The position numbers and the translations under genes are program-made. This document shows positions 37,701-47,810 of a DNA stretch of 64,000 nt, in pieces. The stretch's first letter is position 1. Each line of letters opens with the position of its first letter. The notes under the pieces were generated by a model. That model was not told where the DNA came from and made no database searches. It was given only the letters and a program-made list of their open reading frames with translations. The stretch is from the sequence record MH221129.1; one strand, 5' to 3'.

Positions 37701-38485
37701 CCGCGGCAGACAGTGTGTTTGAAAGCCTCATTGGTGCGTGGCACGACAGTAAGACGTTTATGAAGCGCATCTCCATTGTCTTTGCACGTACCGCGGGTCG
37801 TATCACCACTACCTCCGCTCAAAGCAGTTATGCAGGATTGGCGGTGAACTACGGTAACACCCAGCAGGTGCTGATTGGCTTTGAAGGGTTGGTCGGTTCC
37901 GGTGCGAACTGGGATGTTATCAATCCGAGTGTGCAGTTTAGTCATAGTCGCCAGGCTGACGGTATCCTGTTTAAGGGCACCGTAACCGCGAATGGTGGTA
38001 TTGTTGACTTTGAACTGTTGCTTAGCAGCACCGCGATGACGCTTAAACACACACTTCGTTCAACGGGTCAAACGTGGACGGTGGATTTATCCACTCGCTT
38101 ACGTCCAGACTATATCGATGTGACGAAGCTGATTAATGATCCTAACGTTCCGGTGTATCAAGGGATGGGCGGGTTGTTTGGTGAAGATGCCAGCGTGCTT
38201 TTGAACTACACAAACGTGAATAACCTTACTGTGAAAAACCGGTACTACGCGACGTTCTTGGACTATGCGTTGAACTACTCTGCACTTTATCGGGCACGGT
38301 ATTTCGAAGGGATGGTGGCTAATGGTTCGAATATTAGCGCGATGAACAACTATGTCTTCAACCAGGTTACTTCAGCTGATAAACCTGCTGACCCGGCTAA
38401 GATGTTTTTCCCAGTACATCCGTGCAACATGCTGACGTACGATATGCCTGGCGCTAGTTCGCGTACAGTAATTATTCGCGATTAA
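34775..38485 (+). CDS. Large tail fibre/baseplate fibre protein 1
   Basis: Start ATG 34775 after SD AAGGAG. Shared N-terminal PFF..L.V..G.DY domain, DNPH motif, ATTTTFGLVQF fibre repeat and HSH motif. Confidence 0.8.
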   Translation: MAVVPDPHFNIPGNKQTGEAVTPVGTKYRMLFPVHAPFFTTSLVVKSGGKTLKLGDDYVITHPYMTGMERTGYLCHGAVWITNDKYVSNFTMDYHPIGIAEATPAQVTAERELNKDKFPTDNACQWDVVVGTVYFPPVDILFDWENWRGELELMQAIADIGTKIGQLPPIPDPYIGNIYAPAFPNDIMMNGSRQYVTYDDQGGYVAKGNSGTCVVYLSSNDYLLKNYQADTTYALAGYATNVNAKQWWSAPLGYLGSGYNLALEWDSTSLVMKFHITIKNVSYILASFAAPKAWMGGGFRVQFDRSYDADTIAVKVMGKDGTVKMDYKLDFHNPPSELTAALVGIDIIKLVHKGVDFRNSWYVVKGDSWRHTTFPGMTVPDGSDVLTLLKQYQLIVDKLYRDAPAHTHIPRKDNPHRDTWGPIRALELNGIASDATLAYGKTQPQLADYVNNLLPKLSSLANKLLRMPTAAQAINGTFGTKPGLTSVTSAVGTDESGGVGAQFTVDPRVIRFLGRDSATVNAGNNAITFQGGTNQLVLYPDSRGLLWNGKKLLDPTTVGPYLPGNEGGGDNLFYGTTTATVTINGNGIQSVPFICTFVPPTSEDLGLMAVRMLANDFGNAENLAATPALIAKLDALFTGKLVGAKSYVNDMPLTGSIYIDKTNFNLNDVQDIPDTQLPISTLQQAELDKYAVVGHSHNADAFGIKAATTTTFGLVQFGLAVDDATLALDGSEVIRQTTTITDIETVAKTVDSGAAINIIRYGRPGTETIENGITYTGWMATIKANTYFVGLEYDAPLATFNLAEVFPDTHEDNEFGVFVDVQGNDAKYLVLENPNTAETETMTKIGTIVTSEDGIVAVEIHNVTRLGEFRELEDHIANDNAHIKRKMTQEQFGFTYGSGGPVWASGVPGLTRFEGDWRYATASNYRPMSKVTLDDKASKWTFQKTGIGAGNYGFIHHAFPMFTNNGITHTWLSSVAAADSVFESLIGAWHDSKTFMKRISIVFARTAGRITTTSAQSSYAGLAVNYGNTQQVLIGFEGLVGSGANWDVINPSVQFSHSRQADGILFKGTVTANGGIVDFELLLSSTAMTLKHTLRSTGQTWTVDLSTRLRPDYIDVTKLINDPNVPVYQGMGGLFGEDASVLLNYTNVNNLTVKNRYYATFLDYALNYSALYRARYFEGMVANGSNISAMNNYVFNQVTSADKPADPAKMFFPVHPCNMLTYDMPGASSRTVIIRD

Positions 38486-38497
38486 GGAGAACTCTGA

Positions 38498-41400
38498 ATG
38501 AAAACGTATCCTTACGATCCTCGGGGCATTAATCCCGAGTGTCAATTCACTGAGGAACGTATCATCGACTCCGACGATCCTAAAGACCGGGTGGTGATGC
38601 TTGATCATCGCCCGTTTTTTGAAGGTCTCGAGGTAAAGCTCGCCGGTGCATCCATTCCGTTGACACGCGGAAAGGACTATGAACTGGAATACGCGCTGAC
38701 ACCGTTGGATGATTCGGTGACGACCCCCGTGTTTTGTGGGGTGCAACTTATTAACCCTGATTTACGCGGGGCAGTGGTCTTTACAGGCCAGATGCTCGGG
38801 GGTACGTTTTACAGCGGCTTAATTGAAATGCTTGACGAGTTGGTCAAAGCATTGAACAACCCAACGTCTGCGGATTGGCTGCTGTTGGATGGACGACCAT
38901 CGCTATATCCGGCGACTCCATCTGCCACCTCTTGGGCGGATATGCTCAACAAAAAGTACGTCGCTTCTGCGGTGCATGATGTTGAGTTAGATGCCGGTGC
39001 GGCTAACGACGCCATCCGTGAAAAATTAGCCGCGTTGAAAGACGAAGTTATTGCGTTGGGTGTGGAGATTGAAGCCTTCAACTACCCAGCGCATATTGCG
39101 GCGACCAATCCGCACGATACCACTGTCGCGCAGAATGGTGCTCACCCTGTAGACCTGAAAACCCCGGATACGTTCCTGGCTTACGGGAAGAATCTCCGTA
39201 CATTAACCGCTGAGATTCGGGCGCTCGGGTTACAGCAGTCTGATATCGACAAGTACATCTCTAAATGGGTATCGAAAGAATCCAAAGGGGTGTTCACTGC
39301 CGCGATTAGTGGCACGCGCGCGCTGTTCCGTTCACCGAATGGGGAATCGGAGATTACGTTCTCGACCGACGCGTTTACGTTGAAGTCTAACGGATCGATT
39401 ATCCTCGCTACCGGGTATATGCCTGGCGATACGGTTACACGGTTCATGGAGTGGAAAGCGGGCGTCAATACCCTGCGTATCGAATCCACGGGTTCTGCGT
39501 TGGGAATGGACCGTTTGACACTCAACGGGACGACGCTGCTGACAACCACCGCGTTGATGGGGTATCAGCAAGACCCTGGTACTGGCGGTGGTACAGTCGA
39601 CCCTGACGATAATAAGCTGTATATCGAAGGGCGTAACGGCATCACCTTTACTGGTAAAGGGTCAAAAGCTGACCCTGTAACCGGCACGGTGACTGCGACG
39701 AAGGCAACCACTACTGCAGCGGGTGTGGTGAAACTGAAGAAGGGGCCGGGTACTGAAACGTCCGGCGTTGCGGCGACCCCTGATTCGCTGACTACGTACG
39801 AAGGTGACTTGTCATCCTACGTGTTAAAAGCCACCCTGTTAAACAACAAAGCGATGACCGACGGTTCTCGTGTGTTAACGAAAACTGACCTGGGCCTGGG
39901 TAACGCGGATAATACCGCCGACCTTGATAAGCCTCTGTCGGATGCGCTGGCTGAAGCGGTAACTGGTCTTAGCCCGAAAGGGCACCACCACGATTGGTCG
40001 GAGCTTGCAATTCCAACCGCCTCACAAACCACTCTGGGTATTGCTCGTTACTCAAACAACCAAGCTGGCTTAGCCGCAGGTCGTGGGGTAACTCCTAACG
40101 TACTCAACGAGCTGGTTAAGCGTCTGGACGTGGTGGCAGGTATGCTGGCCAGTGCGAAGGAAAATACAGTTACTGAGTTTGCTGCTGTACGTGGCAAGAC
40201 CTGGACTGTGGGGGCTTCGAGAACCACTTTAGCGGTCACTGACCTGAACTACTTTTATCTGTTCGATGGGCAGAGAAAAGAAGGGACGGTGTCGGGGTCG
40301 ATTGATCTGCAAACCACACCAATGTTCCAATGGTTCTCTCCGGATAACCAGATGGAGCGTACGTGGCAGAATGCAGTAATCAACTCCGGGGCGGGGGTGA
40401 GCTATACCGGGTTTGAAGCGCCCTTCCCGTTCAATACCCCCAGAGGCTCTCAGATTGGCTTGACACTCAACGGCATGGGCAACCTGTCCGTTGTAACGGT
40501 GTTGGCGAAAACACGCTTACATTGCGTTACAGGCAAGCTGAAGATATGGGTAAGCGGTGGTGGGGCAGTAACCGTATACGTAGATGGGGAAATCGTAGGG
40601 GCTGGGTTAACTCAACCTGCTTATCTCGAGGTGAACGTAACGGCAGGATGGGAAGAACATTGCTTAGCGATTAAAGCGGAATGTAACGATGCAGCAAAAG
40701 CAGCAGCGGTTCGTTTCGAAGTCAGCGACGGCGATTACCCACTGTACGCCTCCGGAACACACACCAAGGTTGCTGTGTTGCAAGAGTTCGTTACGCCGAT
40801 GACCAATCTGCGTCACTACCTCTACGTAAACATGATTACCAGTGCGCTGTATTCACGTGCGGAACCTATCCTTGACCCACTGATGAACCTGGAGCGTGGT
40901 TACATCGGTTATATCGATGTGCCGAGTACCGGGTTAGTGGCTGGAGATACGTATACGTTCGACACCACTTTTGACTACGGACCTTCATCCGAGTTGAATG
41001 CGCATTTCGATGTTAGAAAAGCGCACGGTGTGGTGAAAAGCGATTGGTCATTAACCGATAACCTTCGGATGCTCCCACTCAACAAACTCGACCCGTTGCC
41101 TACGCAGTGGGTGTTTGCTAAGACACGTTCGAATACGTCGGGTAGCCATCTGTCTCGTCTTGACCGCGGGTTGTTCAGTTACCACTTCGTTTCTGACACA
41201 CAAGCCACGCTGGATGTCCAGTTGTTCGTTGCCAACAAATACAAAACACCGTATTGCTGGTTTACGCCGTACAACCCAAAAGAGGGTAACCAAGCGACCT
41301 TCGAAGGGTCGATAGTAGTCGACGTCGAGAGCACCGAGCAGCTGACCGATAACAATCGTCAGATTACGTTCATGGCGCTGGCAAAAGCGAACAGCAACAC

Positions 41401-42628
41401 TGCCGCTCACCGGGTACTCGGTTGGCAGAGTGCGGATAACGCTTTAACGTACGGGGTAATCGATAACCTGGCCACGGGCTCAGTGGGGCACAACAGTAAG
41501 CGGCTGACTACAACCACGTCACCAATTGCGATTACGCCTACGGTCATTAAAGACACAACCGTCACAAATGCCGCTGCACTGGATTATTATCTTGACAACT
41601 ATGCATTACCTGCGTATATCACGCCGGGATGTCGTTGGTTGCTGAGATACCGTTACATTGTGGAAACAAGAACGCTCCGCTTGTCGGTGCTGTCTACGGC
41701 TCCAGACGTGGCAACTATCCGTGTGCAGGAGCTGGAATATGTCTTACCGTTTGATGCGGTGGACTATTTCGATGGTGAAGCGTTGGGTGTGGAAGTGCAA
41801 GGTATCGGGGTCAATGAATACGTGACGGTTAACCACGGTTTAGTAGAACCTAAAACGACCGAGGTAGACATCTCACGTTTCCATTACCTGCGTTCGTTGT
41901 TAGAGTCGTACATCGATCGTAGAACCGATACAACGGCGAGTGGGTTCGAAGACTACACCTCGAAACTGGTGAGCGTCAAGAACTTTGGTGACAACCTCGA
42001 TTACCCGGTTACGGAGTATATTGTGTTGCCGTCAACCGGTGAAGGTTATCCTGACATCTCGCATCGTGGTCAACTGCCACTACCTTTCCATCGTCGGATG
42101 GTTAATCGTGGTGCAGCAATGCCGGGAATGCCGTCAGGCTACACCTGGAAAGGGGGTGTGTGGAAGAATGGGTTGATATTATCTTATCGTCCAACGCGTA
42201 GTGACGAGTATGTCACCAGAGTTAATGTGACGATGAATTCTAACTACCCAGGCTACATCGTCGTCGGTTCAGTGGCTGACCCGAAAAATACGGTGGCCTT
42301 TAATGGCACCGGTACGGACGAGGTTAACTACGTTGAACTCGGCGCGAAAAAACCACAGCAGCGTGTTTTCATTGTCTTTACACCGCCTGCAGGTGAAGTA
42401 CCACCACTGAACGCTACGTTCACCGTGACGGGTATTAACCAGCTAGGTAACACCACCTTTATCATGCGTGACACAGTTTCCCTGGACATGCGTTGCGGTG
42501 GGGATGTATTGCAGTTGGAGAAACGCAACCCGTACCACATCACGAGCGCGGTGTGGACATGGCTGTTGAGTGTATTGGCAACGGAACGCCAAAGTGCAGG
42601 CAACAACTCGGGTGAGTGGGCCTCTTAG
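38498..42628 (+). CDS. Large tail fibre protein 2
   Basis: 1376 aa; YPYDPRG N-terminus, HIAATNPH, ATTTAAGVVKL, KTDLGLGNADNTADLDKP and HHH fibre motifs. Confidence 0.8.
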   Translation: MKTYPYDPRGINPECQFTEERIIDSDDPKDRVVMLDHRPFFEGLEVKLAGASIPLTRGKDYELEYALTPLDDSVTTPVFCGVQLINPDLRGAVVFTGQMLGGTFYSGLIEMLDELVKALNNPTSADWLLLDGRPSLYPATPSATSWADMLNKKYVASAVHDVELDAGAANDAIREKLAALKDEVIALGVEIEAFNYPAHIAATNPHDTTVAQNGAHPVDLKTPDTFLAYGKNLRTLTAEIRALGLQQSDIDKYISKWVSKESKGVFTAAISGTRALFRSPNGESEITFSTDAFTLKSNGSIILATGYMPGDTVTRFMEWKAGVNTLRIESTGSALGMDRLTLNGTTLLTTTALMGYQQDPGTGGGTVDPDDNKLYIEGRNGITFTGKGSKADPVTGTVTATKATTTAAGVVKLKKGPGTETSGVAATPDSLTTYEGDLSSYVLKATLLNNKAMTDGSRVLTKTDLGLGNADNTADLDKPLSDALAEAVTGLSPKGHHHDWSELAIPTASQTTLGIARYSNNQAGLAAGRGVTPNVLNELVKRLDVVAGMLASAKENTVTEFAAVRGKTWTVGASRTTLAVTDLNYFYLFDGQRKEGTVSGSIDLQTTPMFQWFSPDNQMERTWQNAVINSGAGVSYTGFEAPFPFNTPRGSQIGLTLNGMGNLSVVTVLAKTRLHCVTGKLKIWVSGGGAVTVYVDGEIVGAGLTQPAYLEVNVTAGWEEHCLAIKAECNDAAKAAAVRFEVSDGDYPLYASGTHTKVAVLQEFVTPMTNLRHYLYVNMITSALYSRAEPILDPLMNLERGYIGYIDVPSTGLVAGDTYTFDTTFDYGPSSELNAHFDVRKAHGVVKSDWSLTDNLRMLPLNKLDPLPTQWVFAKTRSNTSGSHLSRLDRGLFSYHFVSDTQATLDVQLFVANKYKTPYCWFTPYNPKEGNQATFEGSIVVDVESTEQLTDNNRQITFMALAKANSNTAAHRVLGWQSADNALTYGVIDNLATGSVGHNSKRLTTTTSPIAITPTVIKDTTVTNAAALDYYLDNYALPAYITPGCRWLLRYRYIVETRTLRLSVLSTAPDVATIRVQELEYVLPFDAVDYFDGEALGVEVQGIGVNEYVTVNHGLVEPKTTEVDISRFHYLRSLLESYIDRRTDTTASGFEDYTSKLVSVKNFGDNLDYPVTEYIVLPSTGEGYPDISHRGQLPLPFHRRMVNRGAAMPGMPSGYTWKGGVWKNGLILSYRPTRSDEYVTRVNVTMNSNYPGYIVVGSVADPKNTVAFNGTGTDEVNYVELGAKKPQQRVFIVFTPPAGEVPPLNATFTVTGINQLGNTTFIMRDTVSLDMRCGGDVLQLEKRNPYHITSAVWTWLLSVLATERQSAGNNSGEWAS

Positions 42629-42662
42629 GACGGACTGTCTACGGACAGTAGTCCGTAGGTAA

Positions 42663-42700
42663 ACCGCCCTTCCTTTTGGGAGGGCGGTCTCCGTTTTATT
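42663..42700 (+). terminator. Terminator-like hairpin between fibre genes 2 and 3
   Basis: ACCGCCCTTCC-TTTT-GGGAGGGCGGT followed by a T-rich stretch. Confidence 0.65.
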
Positions 42701-42720
42701 ACAGATTAGGAGTGTTTGCA

Positions 42721-45700
42721 ATGCCGAGAGAAGATGCGGCGCAGTTTAATGGTACACTAAGTACCCTTACTTACCCGAACAAATATTCGGCGGTGATTCC
42801 TGTAGAGGCACCGTTCTATCGTATCGGTTTAACTTTAACCGTAACCGACCCAGCAACAAACACGAAACGTAAGTTGATTGAAGGTCTCGACTATTACCTG
42901 GGGCATTATTTTAAAGACCAGGCAGAAGCCGAGCAGGATGCAATTTACGGCAGCATCATGTTGCTGAACGCAACCAATATTGAGTACGAACTGCTGGCTG
43001 TTGGCCGTCAGTATCGTATTCCGGCATCAGAAATCGGCAAGGCGTTGGTTAAGACCGACCTGAAAGACCCGCGTAACAGCGATTGGGCCGATTTGATGAA
43101 ATACCCGCCTATCATCGCGCCTATCGATCCTCCGAAGGATTTGGACGAAGCTATCCTGCGTGATGAAGTTGTTAAGGCATTGAATGATATCCGTCTGGGG
43201 ATTATTGCTCGTGCAAGTGAACTGGACGAAGCGTTTACCGACGTTACTAACCTGATTTTCGAAAACGGGAAGAAGGTTTTTGACGATGAGATGTATCAGC
43301 ACCACCTGAACATGAACGCGCACCATTACACTTGTGCTGATATCCGCGCATTGCCGGTATTAGGTAAAGCCGTAGATGCGACGAAAGCGTTTGGCCGTAC
43401 CCTGGCTGAGCTGGTTGACTTGATGTCGACGTCTGGCATTCAACAAAAACACGTTGACATGTTGCTGGACAACACACTCGGTGATTTGCTGGGGCGTATG
43501 CGTGTGCTGAATAACGACGCTATTACGTTCCAGACAACCACAGGTCACGTCATCAGTGTGAAGGGTGAGAAGTTCATCATCACTTCACCACAACCGATGT
43601 TTTTGAAAGCCGACCAGGATAATAACGATCCGGGGATTGCGACGGAGTTTAGTGCGGGGTTGAACACACTGTACGTCCACTCTGGGACAGCGGCTAACGT
43701 GAAAGCGCCGGTGTATAATGGGGTGTATCTGGTAACCCCGGATATGGTTGGGTTGTATTTAACCTCAGTAAAAATCCTGCCCGCAAACGCCTATTTTAAA
43801 TCCAGCGATACGCTGAAGATTTATGGCTCGGGTAAGCAGACCAACCGCGTGTACATGAACGCCGAGTTACCAGGCGCAACCACTACGGTAGAAGGGCTGT
43901 TTGCAATTACCAATCTGTCCACGTCCGTAGCAGCATCCACCGCTATCTCGCAGAAAGCGGTAACCGACCTGAAAGAGTTACTGGATAACTACGTCGATGA
44001 CACGTACACCATTAACGGTAAAGCGTTCATTAAAGACAGTAACGGTGAAATGCATCTGACGTTAACGGCTGCCGATTTTGGCGTTGACAAGATGAACAAC
44101 ACCACGCCGTTGGCTAAGCCGGTAACAAACGCACTGAAAACGGTGCTGGCCGGGAAGGTGGCGTCTGACCACACCCACACCATTGCCGACTTGGACAACG
44201 TGCCGTATGCTTCGACGTCGACGACAGGTCTGGCGAAACTGTGGGACGCAATCGACACAACCGCAGATAAGATGGTGACGTCGCGTCAGGGTTTCCTGCT
44301 TGACGAGCGCATCAACGAGATGAACGAGAAAATCAGCACACTGCTTCCTGCGTGGACGGTGGGTGGTGCCCAGTACGGGAACCAGAGTTTCTTGCCAATT
44401 CCAACCGTCAGTAACTTCGCTGGTTTCGGATTTAACCGTGCTAATCCGTGGGGTGCAGCACGCTATGAAGCGGGTAATGTCTACATGCTTCGTAACGGCT
44501 CTGACGGCCCGGAAGACACTCGGCGTGTTTATTACTGGTACGGCAATGTCGACGCGAACAACAAGTTCACCAACACATACCCGACCGCGTTTCCTTATCA
44601 TCCAGCTGGGATGTCGAAGTTCCCTGGTGTAACGCTGTTGCGGGTATTAACGGCCAGTGAAGACGTCGGCCTGTTTGAGGGCAGCGACGGGGCGAAGTAT
44701 TTGGTATTGTTCAACGGTACCATGAACTACGCCAAACATTCGGAAGTCTATAAAGTCACCTTCCCGGATCTCACCAGAACTACGGGTGGTGCGCTGACCT
44801 ATGATTCAGTGATGTCTTTCATCACTGTGGCACTGGCGAAGACACACGTTGTCTTCATGATGACACACGTTACTAGCGATAGCTTTAAAGTGGGCGGGTG
44901 GTCTGTTGCGTTGAACGCATTAAAAGGGACAGACCCGATTGCCTTCTCCGTGATACCTCTCAGTTACGCGAAAATGAACGGTGATGTTGCCCAAATTGTT
45001 GATGATGGCGCGCCTGAAAACGACAACACCGCAACTACTCGTTTAGCGTACGTGACCCAGGGTGCCCGTGATAAATGGACTCGAACCCGCACGCCGGTTA
45101 ACTACCGCCCGTCGTTCTTTAGCGCGGCGAAACTGAATAACGTTCGTGTGCGTTCTGAGATGCACTCGTATTTCGCGGACGATAAAAGCGCTTCGTGGTC
45201 GGATGCCTGGTCTGTCGTGTACAACGTGGATATCGACACGGGTGTATTAACTGTTGAGAACCCACTCTTCCCAGTAGCCATCACCGAGAATAAAATCGAG
45301 TTCCCGAACGGAACGCGTTATAAGTCAGTCACTAACCGTAACATCGGTGTGGCAATTTACGCAAACTTGTTCGCTAACGCCGACTTCATGATTGACTCTT
45401 GGAGCGACGTTTACTCGAATAACCCGACGAACATCTCAATCACACCGTTAGCAGGTACCGAGTTCTACGACCTGTTAGGAAGTGACACTACGTTGAACGA
45501 GTCCAGCAACGTACAGGTGATTGGGGCAGTAGGTTCGGTCTACAAGCAATACATGCGGGGAATTATCCATTTAGGTGGTGCAGAACGCACGATGTTGTTG
45601 CGCTATCTTGCGACCAGCACCTGCATTTCCATGCGTTACGACTTGACCAATAAATACTTCCCTGATGCAGTTGGCTACGGCCCTGATAACTTGCGTGTCG

Positions 45701-47763
45701 CGCAGGACATCAGTACCTACAACGAGTTCGCTTTGACGCCGAATGTCTGGAAAGGCAACAAGCTGTACCTGAACGGGCGGGTGATTAATGCGGCGGGAAG
45801 TTATCCTTACAAGAATGTCGACGGTACAACCACTTTCACCGCAGACCGGATTACCGTGTCTGACGCATTGTGGGCGAGCCTCGAAACCGCGATCGGTGCA
45901 GCACTCCCTCTGTGGAATGATGCTGAGACCATCGATAAGCAGTTCAACGTACACACCTTCGATATCGGAGGTCTGAACGCTGCGTTCTTGGTAGCGACCT
46001 GTCGTACCTGGGAAAACGCTGACCATATCCGCGCTTATTGCCGCACCACTGTCTGGAAAATTCCGATGACGGTGAATAGCGGTAATGTGTCGTTTGGTAC
46101 AACGGGTTGGGTCGTGGCTGTGCCGGAATGGCGGGATGGTGAGGCAGCAATCTCACTGATGCGCGATCAAGTGGTGAACTCGAAGTTGGTTGCGCGAGAC
46201 GACGGGTATGTCATTCAGTTGGGTGCTATATACCGCAGCGGTGTCGTTGGGGATTCACGTTGGCGTACGTACGTGATGACCTGCGATCAGTCGTTTGACA
46301 ACTGGACAAACACCATGCGGGCGTTTAATCCGGGGATTGCTGAGGCTGATTTGTATATTCAGCCAGAAACGGGTTATATCGGCTACACCAAGTGGTTGTA
46401 TCTGGGCCTGTACGTGGCTGCTGATATTTATCAGAACACTTCTCGAACGTTCGCAACTGGAACACCGGTTGAAACGTATCTGGCGGGTGTAAAAACTGCG
46501 GAAGGCTGGAACCTGTACATCACCGAGGAAGAGTTGCTGTCGTTTGGCTCGTCACGTTATACCATCCCGACCTACGGTGTGGACATTCGTGACTTGTATC
46601 CAACGAACTACAAGAATCGGACGTTGTACATGCACGCGGTGCTTAACAACGGTAATCCGGAATACCAACTGCTGGAACAACAGATGCCCGATACGTCAAC
46701 GCGACTGTACATCGGGTATATGACCAGTGACTCAGAGCGCATCACGTTCAGTAACTTTGATCGTGTGAAACGTCTGGGTGCAGTTAAACAGCTTCTTGAG
46801 CACGAATCTGTTGCCTATCGTCACGATATGGACGTGGGTCGTGACCAGAAACTGGGCAGACTGGGGCCGTTGTATAAGGAACCTATCGGGGCCATCGCTA
46901 CGGACTCCTCTCACGGGTATCTCGACAGTCAACAGCTCTCGAGCGTGGTGGCGGGACAGAAGCGCACCAGAAAAGGCGTCAGCCAGGTGTTTAGCGGATT
47001 GTCGCAGGCTTTGATTACTACACAGTCGAATACTGCGTACAAATACTGGAAGAAGCCAACGAACATCGTGTCGGTTACGGCGGATGAGAGTGCAGAAGGG
47101 GCCGCGTACGGAATGCAGTGGATAGGTGTCCCTCAACCGGCTGTTGTACCTGCAACAACCGACATGGGCATCCTCGTGCGTGGCAAGTACATTATCCCTG
47201 GCACGGTTGGTGATTCCACCGCGTTCGACGTTCGGGTTCTGCTTCCGTTTGGTTCTTCTGGTACGATCATTAATACCGAAGAGCCTGGGGTCGATGTCGA
47301 CATGGACAACGATCCTAACGCTCTGGAGACGCCGGCAGATGGCAGCGTTGTAACGTTACGACGTTACTCCCCCGCTGGGATTGCGTGTACGATTACGATT
47401 CTGGTGGCTATCCCGAAAGACCCGTTAACGGACTTTGGTCTGCGTGACGTTGCATGGCAAATCGTCGACCTCGGCGGTAATGTGGTGGCGCAAGGTGACG
47501 AGTCCAGCTATATCGGGATCGTGCCGTTGGGTACCGCAACGCTGGGTACGCCTGTCGTGTTTAATGCTCGCACTTATACCTTTACGGACGTTGATGGTGC
47601 TATTCCGTTTGTGACAACTGGCGCAGAAGGGATCGCACCTGCACTGGTTTCCACTCCACTCGGAAACGGTGATACTGAAATCACGGTCGCTCATCACTTC
47701 ATGAATGAACGTGGCGAACAAAAGCTTGACGAGGTGCAGGTCAATCTTATGTTCCGTACCTAA
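42721..47763 (+). CDS. Large tail fibre protein 3
   Basis: Start ATG 42721 after SD GGAG (1680 aa); same N-terminal domain, ATTTVEGLFAI, ASTSTTGLAKL, HTH motif. Confidence 0.8.
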   Translation: MPREDAAQFNGTLSTLTYPNKYSAVIPVEAPFYRIGLTLTVTDPATNTKRKLIEGLDYYLGHYFKDQAEAEQDAIYGSIMLLNATNIEYELLAVGRQYRIPASEIGKALVKTDLKDPRNSDWADLMKYPPIIAPIDPPKDLDEAILRDEVVKALNDIRLGIIARASELDEAFTDVTNLIFENGKKVFDDEMYQHHLNMNAHHYTCADIRALPVLGKAVDATKAFGRTLAELVDLMSTSGIQQKHVDMLLDNTLGDLLGRMRVLNNDAITFQTTTGHVISVKGEKFIITSPQPMFLKADQDNNDPGIATEFSAGLNTLYVHSGTAANVKAPVYNGVYLVTPDMVGLYLTSVKILPANAYFKSSDTLKIYGSGKQTNRVYMNAELPGATTTVEGLFAITNLSTSVAASTAISQKAVTDLKELLDNYVDDTYTINGKAFIKDSNGEMHLTLTAADFGVDKMNNTTPLAKPVTNALKTVLAGKVASDHTHTIADLDNVPYASTSTTGLAKLWDAIDTTADKMVTSRQGFLLDERINEMNEKISTLLPAWTVGGAQYGNQSFLPIPTVSNFAGFGFNRANPWGAARYEAGNVYMLRNGSDGPEDTRRVYYWYGNVDANNKFTNTYPTAFPYHPAGMSKFPGVTLLRVLTASEDVGLFEGSDGAKYLVLFNGTMNYAKHSEVYKVTFPDLTRTTGGALTYDSVMSFITVALAKTHVVFMMTHVTSDSFKVGGWSVALNALKGTDPIAFSVIPLSYAKMNGDVAQIVDDGAPENDNTATTRLAYVTQGARDKWTRTRTPVNYRPSFFSAAKLNNVRVRSEMHSYFADDKSASWSDAWSVVYNVDIDTGVLTVENPLFPVAITENKIEFPNGTRYKSVTNRNIGVAIYANLFANADFMIDSWSDVYSNNPTNISITPLAGTEFYDLLGSDTTLNESSNVQVIGAVGSVYKQYMRGIIHLGGAERTMLLRYLATSTCISMRYDLTNKYFPDAVGYGPDNLRVAQDISTYNEFALTPNVWKGNKLYLNGRVINAAGSYPYKNVDGTTTFTADRITVSDALWASLETAIGAALPLWNDAETIDKQFNVHTFDIGGLNAAFLVATCRTWENADHIRAYCRTTVWKIPMTVNSGNVSFGTTGWVVAVPEWRDGEAAISLMRDQVVNSKLVARDDGYVIQLGAIYRSGVVGDSRWRTYVMTCDQSFDNWTNTMRAFNPGIAEADLYIQPETGYIGYTKWLYLGLYVAADIYQNTSRTFATGTPVETYLAGVKTAEGWNLYITEEELLSFGSSRYTIPTYGVDIRDLYPTNYKNRTLYMHAVLNNGNPEYQLLEQQMPDTSTRLYIGYMTSDSERITFSNFDRVKRLGAVKQLLEHESVAYRHDMDVGRDQKLGRLGPLYKEPIGAIATDSSHGYLDSQQLSSVVAGQKRTRKGVSQVFSGLSQALITTQSNTAYKYWKKPTNIVSVTADESAEGAAYGMQWIGVPQPAVVPATTDMGILVRGKYIIPGTVGDSTAFDVRVLLPFGSSGTIINTEEPGVDVDMDNDPNALETPADGSVVTLRRYSPAGIACTITILVAIPKDPLTDFGLRDVAWQIVDLGGNVVAQGDESSYIGIVPLGTATLGTPVVFNARTYTFTDVDGAIPFVTTGAEGIAPALVSTPLGNGDTEITVAHHFMNERGEQKLDEVQVNLMFRT

Positions 47764-47810
47764 CAGACAGCGCTATGGGGCATGGACGCCCCAATCAAAG
47801 GAGTTTGGCA